Positions 47,619 through 58,400 of a stretch of 64,000 nt of DNA are shown piece after piece; within the stretch, counting starts at the first letter, position 1; each line of letters starts with the position of its first letter. Both the position numbers and the translations under genes were made by a program. Below the pieces are notes generated by a model. That model saw nothing but the letters and a program-made list of their open reading frames with translations, was not told where the DNA came from and did not search any database. Source of the stretch: an uncultured bacterium (GTDB taxonomy: Bacteria > Fidelibacterota > Marinisomatia > Marinisomatales > JACNKV01); NCBI GenBank assembly GCA_964422145.1, contig CAYQZV010000006.1, forward strand, positions 16,426-80,425. The letters are read 5' to 3'.

Positions 47619-49439
47619 GTGTCAATAGATAAAAAACATTATTATCTCCCCTTTGAGAAAGAAAAAGGGTTTACGTATTCTCCGGAAGCGATTTCGCAGT
47701 TGACGGAATATGAGAAGTATAAGTTATCCTACCATCCTGAACGCCCTAAATTCTTAGATTATCTCTCCATTTTTTCAGATGTGGAACCCTGTTGTATTCC
47801 CAGTAAAGCTGTTGGTGCCTGCTTAATCCAAACCTATTTAGCAAACCTGAAGATTGGGAAAAAGATATATCCGGTGATGCTGATCGGTCAACAAACAGGT
47901 CCAACTTCTAATTATACTAAGCTCGTTCAGAAAATGAAAGACCCGGAAGAAGTGAAAAAATGGAATCACGGAATGCCGACACCTGCATCCTATGAGCGGG
48001 CAATCCGGGCCATCAAAATCGCGAATAAAGAAAAACGGATGCTGATCGTTTTTGTAGACACTCCCGGTGCGGATCCCACTGAAGAATCTGAAGAAGGCGG
48101 TATTGCATGGAGAATCGGTGAAACCATGCAGGGACTCGCAGAAGCTTCTGTCCCGACATTAGCGGTCATTATGAACCGTGCTTGCAGCGGAGGGGCGATC
48201 GCATTAACGGGATGCGATGTTGTTTTGGCTATGGAATATTCGACGTATTTGGTAATAACGCCCGAAGCGTGTTCTTCTATTCTATTTCATACTCGAAGCC
48301 GAGCTAATGAAGCCGCTGAAGCGTCAAGAATCACGTCGAAGGAAGGGTTTGAGTTGGGGATTGTTGATGAAATTATTCCGGAACCAAAAGGCCCTGCCCA
48401 TCGATTCCAAAAAGAAGCAATATCGTCTCTGAAAAACCGTATGGAGCACTATGTGGAAGAATGTAATAAACTTCCTCATGATCAGATATTCCCCAAAAGG
48501 ATTGAACGGTGGTCGAAGATCGGACAATGGGAAACCACGACCGAAAAAGTCATACAATCGATTCAAAAAAAAGTATCACGGCTGCCCAAATCAACTTCAT
48601 CCGGATTTATTTCTAGACATAAAGGATGTTATTCTAATCGCCACATCCACCACTATGACCCAGTCAGTCTTGAATTTCTTAAATCCAATAACTATGTCTG
48701 TGAAATATGCGGGCACAGATATCTTAGACCATCTGCATGGGATTATTTAGATTTGATCCTCGATAAAAATTCGTTTATTGAACATGATGAAACACGGTAT
48801 ATCATAGACAAAGATATTTTGGACTTCCCGGGATATACTTCCAAACTAGATGAGACGCAAAAAACAAGGGGGCTTGCAACAGCGATGATCACCGGTGATG
48901 GCACCATTTTGGGAGAGCCGGTTATTTATTGCGGAGCCGGTTTTGGATTTTTAGGCGGTTCTTTTTGTATGACAACGGGTGAGAAAATTTGGCGGGCTGC
49001 GGAACGTGCATTAGAAAGTCGTCGTCCTATGGTGTTAAAGGCAGCCGGAGGAGGTGCGAGGATGCATGAGGGCTGTTCATCAATGGTCAGTATCCCGAAA
49101 GCACATGTGGCACTTACACGGGTCGAACGCGCAGGAATTCCTGTGATTACCATCATCACAGACCCAACGCTGGGCGGTGTGGCAATCGGTTATGGCTCAA
49201 GAGGGTCTCGTTTATTTGAGATCAACGCCGGGAATATCGGATTTTCCGGGAAACGAGTTATTGAGCAGTATACCGGACATAAAACATCCAAAGATTTTCA
49301 AACAACGGATTGGCTGATGAAAAAAGGTCACGCAAAACATGTTGTCAGTCCGATCAATATTCAACAAAAAATTCTAAAGGCCATCCATCGATTATGGCAA
49401 AGGGTTGAAGTATCGGGTTCTATATTGAGCTCGGAATAA
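47619..49439 (+). CDS. Fused acetyl-CoA carboxylase carboxyltransferase, alpha (AccA-like) then beta (AccD-like)
   Basis: N-terminal half HPERPKFLDYL...FVDTPGADPT..SEEGGIAW...NRACSGGAIAL...EYSTYLVITPEACSSILF...IIPEP.GPAH is AccA-like. C-terminal half CEICGHRYLRPSAWDYLDLILDKNSFIEHD...FGFLGGSFCMTTGEKI...AAGGGARMHEG...ITDPTLGGV...IGFSGKRVIEQ is AccD-like. GTG start. Confidence 0.85.
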   Translation: MSIDKKHYYLPFEKEKGFTYSPEAISQLTEYEKYKLSYHPERPKFLDYLSIFSDVEPCCIPSKAVGACLIQTYLANLKIGKKIYPVMLIGQQTGPTSNYTKLVQKMKDPEEVKKWNHGMPTPASYERAIRAIKIANKEKRMLIVFVDTPGADPTEESEEGGIAWRIGETMQGLAEASVPTLAVIMNRACSGGAIALTGCDVVLAMEYSTYLVITPEACSSILFHTRSRANEAAEASRITSKEGFELGIVDEIIPEPKGPAHRFQKEAISSLKNRMEHYVEECNKLPHDQIFPKRIERWSKIGQWETTTEKVIQSIQKKVSRLPKSTSSGFISRHKGCYSNRHIHHYDPVSLEFLKSNNYVCEICGHRYLRPSAWDYLDLILDKNSFIEHDETRYIIDKDILDFPGYTSKLDETQKTRGLATAMITGDGTILGEPVIYCGAGFGFLGGSFCMTTGEKIWRAAERALESRRPMVLKAAGGGARMHEGCSSMVSIPKAHVALTRVERAGIPVITIITDPTLGGVAIGYGSRGSRLFEINAGNIGFSGKRVIEQYTGHKTSKDFQTTDWLMKKGHAKHVVSPINIQQKILKAIHRLWQRVEVSGSILSSE

Positions 49440-49459
49440 AGATCTGAAAATTATAATCT

Positions 49460-49894
49460 TTATTCTGTTGGTGGAATATGGACTAATTCAACATCTAATT
49501 TTTTTGCAAGTTCAATAATCCGTTCATCGCGATAGAATTCTCCGTAGTAAATACGGTTAATACCGGCATTCGCAATCATTTTAAAACAATTATAACAAGG
49601 GGAAGCCGTAATATAGATCTCAGCATTTTCAATTCGTATTCCATGGCGGGAGGCTTGAACGATCGCATTGGCTTCGGCATGGATCGTCCGAACACAATGC
49701 CCGTTTTCCATTTCGTGACCAACCGTATCACAATGAGGTAAACCGCGGATACTGCCATTGTATCCGGTGGAAAGAATGGTCTTCCCGCGGACAATGATTG
49801 CGCCCACATGTTTTCGATCACAGGTAGATCGAGTTGCGACTTCTTTCGCTATGTTCATGAAATAGTTTTCCCAGCTGATGCGTTTATCGGTCAT
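49460..49894 (-). CDS. dCMP deaminase (CMP/dCMP-type zinc deaminase)
   Basis: WENYFMNIAKEVATRSTC...VGAIIV...HAEANAI...PCYNCFKMIANAGI contains the HAE and PCxxC zinc motifs. Confidence 0.9.
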   Translation of the reverse strand: MTDKRISWENYFMNIAKEVATRSTCDRKHVGAIIVRGKTILSTGYNGSIRGLPHCDTVGHEMENGHCVRTIHAEANAIVQASRHGIRIENAEIYITASPCYNCFKMIANAGINRIYYGEFYRDERIIELAKKLDVELVHIPPTE

Positions 49895-50051
49895 GGATTC
49901 CTCATAAAATGTGGTCTTAAATTAATAGAAATATCTCAAAATGCCTTCACAAATTAGATCGGATTTCAATCATTTTTCTGGTTGCAGGGATAGGATAACA
50001 AATAATAAAGTATACGATGGAAAACATAAGGATAATGGGAGTTACAATTAG

Positions 50052-50654
50052 ATGGTTCGAATGAACACAGTTAACATTGCACATTATATATTATTCCTTA
50101 CATCATTATTCTTAATGAGTTGTGAAGATAAACAGGCTGATAATTTACTTAACCAAGGATCGATTAGTATAATTATCAACGAGATAAATTATAACTCATC
50201 TGACGTGTTTGATCCGGACGATTGGGTAGAACTCTATAATGCTTCTGACGATACAGTTGATCTTGGCAATTGGATTTTAAAAGATGAAAATGATTATCAT
50301 GCTTATTTGATGGACGTAAACACACTTCTTCCTCCAAATGAGTATCTTGTCCTTTGTAAAAACACAGTAAGTTTTGTCAGTTTTTTCCCAAATATGTTGA
50401 AGTATGTGGGAGATTTAGGTTTTGGTTTCAGCGGTGGTGGAGAAGTAGTGCGGCTTTACAATCCTCAAGGAGAATTAGTAGATGCTGTGGAATATAATGA
50501 TGTTCTTCCCTGGCCGCTTTCTGCAGATGGTGACGGCCCAACGCTTGAGTTGGTTCATCCGTCGTTAGATAATTCTTTGGGAGAGAATTGGGAAGCTTCT
50601 GAGGGATACGGTACACCCGGAGAGATCAACAGTGCTTATACAGAATTGGAATAA
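50052..50654 (+). CDS. Lamin tail domain (LTD) lipoprotein
   Basis: Lipobox LFLMSCED. IIINEINYNSSDVFDPDDWVELYNASDDTVDLGNWILKDEND......GGEVVRLYNPQGELVDAVEY is the LTD signature. Confidence 0.75.
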   Translation: MVRMNTVNIAHYILFLTSLFLMSCEDKQADNLLNQGSISIIINEINYNSSDVFDPDDWVELYNASDDTVDLGNWILKDENDYHAYLMDVNTLLPPNEYLVLCKNTVSFVSFFPNMLKYVGDLGFGFSGGGEVVRLYNPQGELVDAVEYNDVLPWPLSADGDGPTLELVHPSLDNSLGENWEASEGYGTPGEINSAYTELE

Positions 50655-50660
50655 GAGATT

Positions 50661-51338
50661 ATGCAAACATTATTAAACTACGGTTTCGAACAATTAGAAT
50701 GGCAGATCGCTTTACTGTCATTTTTACTGGCATTTTCATTAACCAGCGTTATAGCTTTAGTCTATGAACGAACTTTCCAGGGATTATCATACTCACGGGG
50801 ACTGGTTCAGAGTATGATCCTCGGAAGTATCGTATCCTGCCTGTTGATGATCGCGATTGGTGATAACATTGCTCGAGGTATCGGTATCGTCGGATCGTTG
50901 GCGATTATCCGATTTCGTACCAATTTGCGAGATCCGCGGGATTTGGTTTTTGTTTTTGCTTCTCTCGGGATCGGTGTTTCGGCGGGTGTCCAAAGTTATG
51001 CTACTGCCATTATAGGTACGACCGTGTTTTGCTCGGTGGTTTTTGCGCTGTACGTTTCTCCTTTCGGAACACGGCGCAGACATGACGGTTTAATCCGTTT
51101 CCAGGTTCCTTCAGGATCAGAGACTTCTATGGAGGTCACACAGGTACTGCAATCTTATACAAAACATTTTGTGTTGGTGACGATGCGAAATGCTGCACAA
51201 GGGAAGATTGTAGATTATGCCTACCAAGTGAAATTTTCAGATTCATCTGCAAATCAGAAATTGGTTCAGGAACTTGAAAAAATAAATGGAATTCGCGGAA
51301 TTACCTACATGAATCAAGAAGCAACTGTGGAGGTATAA
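50661..51338 (+). CDS. DUF4956-family inner-membrane protein
   Basis: Three or four TM helices plus the signature GIVGSLAIIRFRTNLRDPRDLVFVFASLGIGVSAG. A cytoplasmic C-terminal domain follows. Confidence 0.8.
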   Translation: MQTLLNYGFEQLEWQIALLSFLLAFSLTSVIALVYERTFQGLSYSRGLVQSMILGSIVSCLLMIAIGDNIARGIGIVGSLAIIRFRTNLRDPRDLVFVFASLGIGVSAGVQSYATAIIGTTVFCSVVFALYVSPFGTRRRHDGLIRFQVPSGSETSMEVTQVLQSYTKHFVLVTMRNAAQGKIVDYAYQVKFSDSSANQKLVQELEKINGIRGITYMNQEATVEV

Positions 51339-52423
51339 TGAAGTTCTTAAAATCATTTCACATGAATCAGACTCATTATATCAATTGGTACAGTCTGCTT
51401 TGGGCTTTGGCTGTCTTGGTTGTGATTTATTTGTTCAGCACTTGGCATATTGATAAACAATTTATCGGCATTGTAGAGAGAAAATCTCATCAAATTGGGA
51501 CTCAAGAACCCGGGAAGATTCAATCCATGGCTGTTGAAGTGGGCGAAGAAGTGAGAAAGGACCAACTTCTTTCTATGCTCGATATCAGTGACCTGACCAC
51601 TCAGCTGGGTTATTTAAAAAAGGAATTAACCAATCTACAAAAAATGGCAGAAGCTCGACGGGATATGTATTCGATAACGGCTCGCAGAGTACTTTTGGAA
51701 ATGGACAATGAAGCCGCTGAATTGGTTGATAGATTATCGATGATCGAAGCCAAAAGCACCGAACTCACCGGATTAAATGCTGAGATCAAACGATTGCAGG
51801 AGGCTGAAGAAGCCGGGTTGGGCTACAGCCGGGACTTATCTGCATTAATTATTGAACGGGATGCCCTCGCCAGTTATTTAAGAGAACAAAGTAAAGATCA
51901 GAACTCTCACAGAATAAAATTAGAAACCACCCGAAAATCGAGAGAATTACTGGAGACAACAGATATTGACAGCATCTCAAAATCGTTGTTATTAGAGCAA
52001 TTGGACTATCAAGAATCCTTACTACGAGAAGTTGCCGCAACCGAGCACCGTATTACACTCCGAACGATCCTTTCTCCGTGTGACGGCTATATTACTGAAA
52101 TAACAGCTTTACCGGGGAATATTGTCGGATCATTTGACCCTGTGATTATTGTTGAAGAGAATATAACAAACTTTTTAGATGTTTATATTCCTGAGAGTTC
52201 AGACATAGAGTTGAAAATGGATATGGATGTTAGAATTTTCTCATCACGCGGAAAAATCTATAACACGACAGGAAAGATTACATTCATTCATCCAGGGTTT
52301 TCACAGGCTTCCGATCGTGTCTCTTTTCGCGGACAAGTGTTTTGGGCTCGGAAGGTACGCGTGTTATTATCGAACGATCACCAATTGATCCCTGGGGAAG
52401 TAGTGAATGTTCGACTCATGTAA
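51338..52423 (+). CDS. HlyD-family membrane fusion (periplasmic adaptor) protein
   Basis: N-terminal TM anchor. Lipoyl-like hairpin halves (..GKIQSMAVEVGEEVRKDQLLSML.. / ..SPCDGYITEITALPGNIVG..) are separated by a long coiled coil. The start shares A of the previous stop (TAATG). Confidence 0.75.
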   Translation: MKFLKSFHMNQTHYINWYSLLWALAVLVVIYLFSTWHIDKQFIGIVERKSHQIGTQEPGKIQSMAVEVGEEVRKDQLLSMLDISDLTTQLGYLKKELTNLQKMAEARRDMYSITARRVLLEMDNEAAELVDRLSMIEAKSTELTGLNAEIKRLQEAEEAGLGYSRDLSALIIERDALASYLREQSKDQNSHRIKLETTRKSRELLETTDIDSISKSLLLEQLDYQESLLREVAATEHRITLRTILSPCDGYITEITALPGNIVGSFDPVIIVEENITNFLDVYIPESSDIELKMDMDVRIFSSRGKIYNTTGKITFIHPGFSQASDRVSFRGQVFWARKVRVLLSNDHQLIPGEVVNVRLM

Positions 52424-52424
52424 G

Positions 52425-53690
52425 ATGAATATCCTGACAAAATTCAAAGGTTGCACACAATTGATTCTAATCAGTCAATTATTGATTGTGTTTTCAGTTC
52501 TCCCTGGGCAAACAACAACCCCGATGTTATCCGAGCAGGAGGTTATTGATAAAGCTTTAGAATATAATCGAAAACTCAAATCCTATATAACCAACGAAGA
52601 GATTGCTGAATACAAACATCAAAGAAGCAACTTCCTCAACAACCCGGAGCTACGTTTCAGGGATATCTCGAGCCGCTATTATTCCACTGGATTTGATCAG
52701 CTTGAGGTCGGGTTACGATGGTCTCTCCCCGAACTTGGAGAACTGGGAGAGAAAAGACAAAGAGCGGCGGTAAATCATTGGGAACGGAAAGTAAGAAAAG
52801 ACCGATATCGCCAACGATTAACCGCTCGAATCCGAAGAGATTATGCTACAGTATTGATGTGGGATCGGCAAGCAGAACTCGCCGATCAGCGTATGAAAAA
52901 AGAAATTGAACGGATTAAAATCATAGAAAAACTTGTGGAAGTTGGTGACCGTTCAATTGTGTATTATACAAAAGCAAAAATGTGGCAAGCTGAAGCCAGA
53001 AATAATTATTCTCGGGCAAAACAAAAACAAAATCTCGTTCGTAAAGAACTCTCAAATGAAAGCGGTATTCCCGAGAATGCAGTTCTAATAGAGACCCTTC
53101 TTCCTGAAATCACTCAAAGTATTGATGAATTGATTCGGTTGGCATATAAAAATCGTCCCGAGATCGGACTTGTACAACAAAGAATCAAATTGACGATGAA
53201 GGAAAATTACAATGAAAAATTAAAACGGCTTCCCTGGGTAACTTACACCGAGCTTACTTATCATCGGGAAAAATTTCCTCAAGAAGATTGGGGTGAAATT
53301 AAATTCGGGATCAGTCTCCCATTATTGAACTGGAATAGCGGAAATATCAAAGCTACAAACCTTGCCGTCAAAAAGAAAGAATACGAATTAGAAGCAATGG
53401 AAGAGTCCATAAAAGAGGAAGTGCAGTGGGCTTATACAGTTTATAAAGATTTATTGTTGGACTGGAAAAACTTCCATTCTTATGCGAATGAATTAATTGA
53501 AAACGCTGAGAAAGTCATTGAACAATCCAAAGAACACCAAGTGTTGATGCCGGATGAAGTCATTGAAATGGAATTGACTATTCTTGAAGATGAAAAATTG
53601 TTGTGTTCAAAGCGAAGAGATCTTGCCCATGCGTTGATCGATTTATATTATGCAATTGGCATAGAGAGCCATGAAGAATTATTTGAATAA
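52425..53690 (+). CDS. TolC-like outer-membrane efflux factor
   Basis: Signal ..VLPG|QTTT. Two-fold repeat of long helical/beta segments with OEP-type phrases (..LSEQEVIDKALEYNRKLK.., ..ELIRLAYKNRPEIGLVQQRI..). The track start at 52407 overlaps the adaptor gene. Confidence 0.75.
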   Translation: MNILTKFKGCTQLILISQLLIVFSVLPGQTTTPMLSEQEVIDKALEYNRKLKSYITNEEIAEYKHQRSNFLNNPELRFRDISSRYYSTGFDQLEVGLRWSLPELGELGEKRQRAAVNHWERKVRKDRYRQRLTARIRRDYATVLMWDRQAELADQRMKKEIERIKIIEKLVEVGDRSIVYYTKAKMWQAEARNNYSRAKQKQNLVRKELSNESGIPENAVLIETLLPEITQSIDELIRLAYKNRPEIGLVQQRIKLTMKENYNEKLKRLPWVTYTELTYHREKFPQEDWGEIKFGISLPLLNWNSGNIKATNLAVKKKEYELEAMEESIKEEVQWAYTVYKDLLLDWKNFHSYANELIENAEKVIEQSKEHQVLMPDEVIEMELTILEDEKLLCSKRRDLAHALIDLYYAIGIESHEELFE

Positions 53691-54474
53691 AGATGATATA
53701 ATACTGCAGGATGAATCCAGTAAATTAAAACGCTACGAATTAAAATATACGATCACTGAAAATCTGGCAAGTGAGATCCGTGATTTTATACAAGATATTT
53801 TTACGAAGGATAAAAATGTCCCTCCCGGAGAATCAGGATACATCGTAAATAACTTATATTTTGATACACCGAATTATCAATTTTATTATGATACTAAATT
53901 CAGGAAACTGACGCGATATAAACCCCGGGTCAGATATTATGGGAAAAAAGCCGACGGCCTCATTTGGCCGGAAATCAAATTCCGGAATGTCAATACGATT
54001 TGGAAGCAGCGATTTTCAATGCCCGCTGAAGAATGGCATGGATTGACCATCCTGCATGAAAACGGATCGAAGAATTCGACATTCAAATCTCAACTGGAAA
54101 CATTTCAAGATGTAATATACTGGCATCAAGCTGAACCAATTCTTCATGTTCAATATCATCGGGAGCCGTATGTGACCGAATTGGAATCCTATGGCAGAAT
54201 CACACTGGATCGCCATTTACGCTGTCGAAACCTTCATGGGGAAATAGGGTTAGATTATGATGATCAGGAGATGTGTTATTACGATGATCCGATCACATCA
54301 AAGAGCGCAGATTCTCTCGTTGTTCTGGAAATTAAGGTAGAAACTATGGTACCGTATTGGACAGTGGAGTTGATCCGAAAATTCAAACTTGTTCAACGCG
54401 GGTATTCAAAATACTGCTATGGGATCGACTCAATTCTGGATTATTTCGGGGAAGGACGAATCCCTCATAATTAG
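53671..54474 (+). CDS. VTC-domain (CYTH-like, polyphosphate polymerase-type) protein
   Basis: KRYELKYTITE......YIVNNLYFDTPNYQFYY....RK..RYKPRVRYY......WPEIKFR......K.RF is the bacterial VTC domain pattern. No signal or TM. Overlaps the previous gene by 20 nt. Confidence 0.8.
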   Translation: MKNYLNKDDIILQDESSKLKRYELKYTITENLASEIRDFIQDIFTKDKNVPPGESGYIVNNLYFDTPNYQFYYDTKFRKLTRYKPRVRYYGKKADGLIWPEIKFRNVNTIWKQRFSMPAEEWHGLTILHENGSKNSTFKSQLETFQDVIYWHQAEPILHVQYHREPYVTELESYGRITLDRHLRCRNLHGEIGLDYDDQEMCYYDDPITSKSADSLVVLEIKVETMVPYWTVELIRKFKLVQRGYSKYCYGIDSILDYFGEGRIPHN

Positions 54475-54483
54475 ATAAACCGT

Positions 54484-55473
54484 CTACCAACCTAAGAGAT
54501 AACCCGAAATCCGCCAGTAACCGTAATATCCGTTCTCATCCTTGGGGCGGACATCTTCGATGACCAGTTTAATTTGATGTTTACCGGGAGTTAAATTACT
54601 TCCTAAATCGATCAGAAGCGGGTCAACCTTATCCCCGGGGCACCAATTCGTACGATCATAATCAGAAGACCACGTTCCATTCGACCATCTTCGGGTATAC
54701 GGATTAATCGCACGGAATTGTTTACAGTCTGTTCGCCAGGGAAGAAAACGATGCACTTCTTTTCCGTCAACAAAAAATACATTGTATTTAGACACGAACT
54801 CATCGGCACCCATACCATCTGTGCAATGCCCAGATACATTATAGTAAAATTGAACCGTATTTGATGTCTCCGGAATGATGACGGTTGTTTCAAGTCCCGC
54901 TTCTCCCGGGTCACTCAACTCGTAGGATAATTTATAAAAGACAGGTTTGACCCAGGTCGGGTTAGGTTTATTCGATGGCTCAAAAGTTAGGGTGAAATCC
55001 ATATACCAGCCTGGAGTTACCCAGGTGTCAATCCATCCTGCGAACCTGCAATCTCCTTGGAGAAGCAGAGCGAGATGAGATACATCTGCTTCCCACTCGG
55101 TTTCTCCGCCATAAGCGGTCATGAATTTCATAATCTCAACATCGGGTTCATCCTCACGAATCAGCCGCACATGTCCTGCACGATCCCATTTATCATAAAC
55201 AGAAAGTTCATCTTTTGGAATGGGGTGCAAATAGACTTTCGCTGTGATTTTCACATTCTCAAATTTTGGCAAGGATAAAACGGTTTGAATCTCCCTGCCG
55301 TTATCGAATGATTTAACCATCGAAGATTCGTGCGTTTGCAGCACAGAATCATTCACGGTGAAATGGATTAAATTGTTTTCGAAAACAGGAAATATCTCTG
55401 AACCGAAAACAGGAGAAAAGATCAGTAAAACCCCAAAAAGGTAATTCACCATTATTTTGTTTGTAGTTTCCAT
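54484..55473 (-). CDS. Secreted PNGase F-like protein (peptide-N-glycosidase F fold)
   Basis: By-eye alignment to PNGase F as I recall it: YDKWDRAGHVRLI vs CDEWDRYANVYV, DTWVTPGWYMDFTLTFE vs ETWLAKGREYSVDFDIVYG, and DRTNWCPGDKVDPLLIDL vs DRAGWCPGMAVPTRIDV. Signal peptide present. An alternative ATG at 55452 forms TAATG with the GH38 stop. Confidence 0.6.
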   Translation of the reverse strand: METTNKIMVNYLFGVLLIFSPVFGSEIFPVFENNLIHFTVNDSVLQTHESSMVKSFDNGREIQTVLSLPKFENVKITAKVYLHPIPKDELSVYDKWDRAGHVRLIREDEPDVEIMKFMTAYGGETEWEADVSHLALLLQGDCRFAGWIDTWVTPGWYMDFTLTFEPSNKPNPTWVKPVFYKLSYELSDPGEAGLETTVIIPETSNTVQFYYNVSGHCTDGMGADEFVSKYNVFFVDGKEVHRFLPWRTDCKQFRAINPYTRRWSNGTWSSDYDRTNWCPGDKVDPLLIDLGSNLTPGKHQIKLVIEDVRPKDENGYYGYWRISGYLLGW

Positions 55474-58400
55474 GTTTGAATTTCGAATGGTTGGAGGTGA
55501 ACGGTCAATGTTTGTCCTTGGAAAGATTCAGTATCATTTCGTTCCATCAAATTGGTTTTAATCCAAGTCGTTTTGGTTGATATCGAGGACAATGTCCCGG
55601 TACTTGTTTTACCGAGTGTTTCAACAATACGGAGGATTAAACAGCCATCTTTTTCTGCTTTTTTTAATACCTCCATAGACAAGCCTTCCCCGGTGAGAGA
55701 TGCTGGGGGACAAACATCATCAGAACGGTATCCGTCGAAAAGAATGAGAGGATGATTTAATCGAGCAGACTCGGATATTACATCAGAATGGATCAGATCT
55801 CCTGTGTGCGGATATAAACTATAAGTGAATGTATGCTGCCCGATGTCCGCATCTGGATCGGGATTGGTCGGGGAACGCAAAAGATTCAAATCAATCAAGT
55901 TATCTTTTACATGATATCCGTATTTACAATCATTTAATACAGCTACACCGTAATCATGATCAGAAAGATCTGCATACTTGTGGGCGACCACTTCAAACTT
56001 GGCTTTTTCCAATGATGTATTGTTATGAGTTGGTCGTTTCACATATCCGTACTGAATATCAAACGATGCGTTCTCCGAACGAATATTTGTTGGAAAAGCC
56101 ACTCTCAGCATTTTATGTTTCTCTTTCCAATCAACCGTGGTGGAAAAATCCAATCGCTTATTGTTTCGGGAAAGATAAACCTTTTGAGAAATGGTTGAAT
56201 TTCCAATCGACAGATCAAATTGAATTCCCTGTCTTACAGACCCATAGGTTAATGGTTTCGCTTGTAGGGATTTTGCATTTTCAATGAACGCCTTTCGATA
56301 GAAGAAGTCGATATCCCATGCATCCCAATTATTTGGGTGATCTTCATATAATGTAAATATGTTTCCTTTTTGTCCGGATGCCAAAATAGGCTGACCAATC
56401 TCTTTGTCAAAGGCCGTTAAGAGCTCTCCGGTTGAGGTAAACTTGTATTGAATGAATTCATTCTCAAGGATAAGTTGGTTAGGCTGGTCAAGGTTGGGTG
56501 TCTGCGTCTTTGATTTATAAAATGTTTTGAAAGAGTAGGGCTCGACAGTTACATATGCGATTGTTCTACCATCTTCGTTTTGAGTTGGAAGAAGGTCCCC
56601 ATGTTGATCTTTGACACCAAAACCATTCCAGGCATTCGGAAGAACCACAGTGCCTGAGTACGTATCGTGTAACAGATTCATTAATACCAAAGAATCATCT
56701 GATTTATGAAACAGTTTATCGGCACCGGTTTTTAGTAAATTTTCACATGACAATAGTGATTTTTTATATTCCTTAATTGTGGTTTTGTAAACATCTGTAA
56801 TGCTTGATCCCGGCAGGATATCATGAAATTGATTCAGAAGTGTATTCTTCCAAATTCTATCCAGTTCATTTTCGGGGTAATGAACCAGCGGAATACATGA
56901 CCATAAAAACTCCACGGCTCTTAGCTTCTGTTCTAATTGGCGATTTCCTCTTTTAACATGACCTTGGGTTGTATATGTACCGCGATGATATTCTAAGTAA
57001 AGTTCGCCGACCCAGGTTTCAAGATCATCGCTATATTTTTCAATCCGGTTGAAGAAATTTTTTGCTGACTCAAAAGCAACCTTAGGCGCACCTTCAAGAT
57101 TAGCCATACGTTTACCGAGTTCAATATTTTCCGGTTTAGGTCCGCCGCCACCATCTCCGACACCAAAAAGACTGATAAACTCATTCAAGAATTCCTTTTC
57201 TTTAAAGTGGCACTCAGCAGGGATAAGAAATTCAGTATCCAGTTCGCTGTTATATGTGTTTTCCGGTGGAAAGTGAGTCAAAACCTCTGATCCGTCTATG
57301 CCTCTCCATTTAAATGTATGATGTGGAAATTCATTAAATTGACTCCAGGAAAGTTTTTGTGTCAGAAAATACTTGATATCGGATTTTTGCAGGATTTGAG
57401 GTAAAGCAGCGGAATAGCCAAAGACATCGGGAAGCCAAAGATTATCAACATCAATGTTAAACTCATCGAGGAAGAAATTCTTGCCGTGGAGGATTTGCCG
57501 CACAATGGATTCTCCACTGATAAGATTGCAATCTGCTTCGACCCACATACCTCCTTGCAATTCCCACTGACCTCTCTTTACAGCGGTTTTGATCCGCTGG
57601 TAAATCTCAGGATAGTGATCCTTGATAAATTGATAATGCTGAGGTTGTGATGCTCCGAAAATATACTCAGGGTATTTTTCGATAAGGTTCAGTTGAGTGG
57701 AAAAAGTCCGTGCGCATTTACGGATGCTTTCTTTCACCGGCCATAGCCACGCGGTATCGATGTGAGCATGACCCACTGCGGCAACATTCAATGCCGATGC
57801 ATTTGCTGGCTTATCCAATTCATTCTTTAATGCTGAGCGGGATCGATTTGTGTTTTTACGGTCACCGCCAAAAGCATCTATTGCTTCATTGAGGCTTCGA
57901 ATAACTCGAGCTCGATGGACACTATCTTTGTCCAAGCGTTTGATCAACCCGAGTAAAATGCGGATATCCAGTATAAAATGCCACAGATCTTCATCGAAAA
58001 TAGCCAATCTCATCTTCTCAACTTTCGCATCAAAATGACCATAGCGGTTTGGATCATTTTCATCGGGATCCGTCTCGAGGTAAACACCAAATAAACTGTT
58101 GGCGGCAGTTTCGACCCATAATTCAACAGAGTCCTGCGAATCTATGATGGCTAAAGGAACAAGGGTGCGAGCAAAGTTGGGGTCAAAAATGGATCCGTTT
58201 GTGATCCCCTGTAATGCCACTCCGTGGGGAGTAAAAACCAGTCCTTCACCTGAAAAATCCAGTTCAGCAACGAGAGGTTGATTCTTCCACATCTCAGGGA
58301 TATTTGCCTGAAGATGGAACCATGCACTTTCCCAGGCTTTCCCCCAGGGGTTCCCTTCTTTGATCGGTTTGAAGTCTCCGGCTAAGCGATGCTCAAAAGG

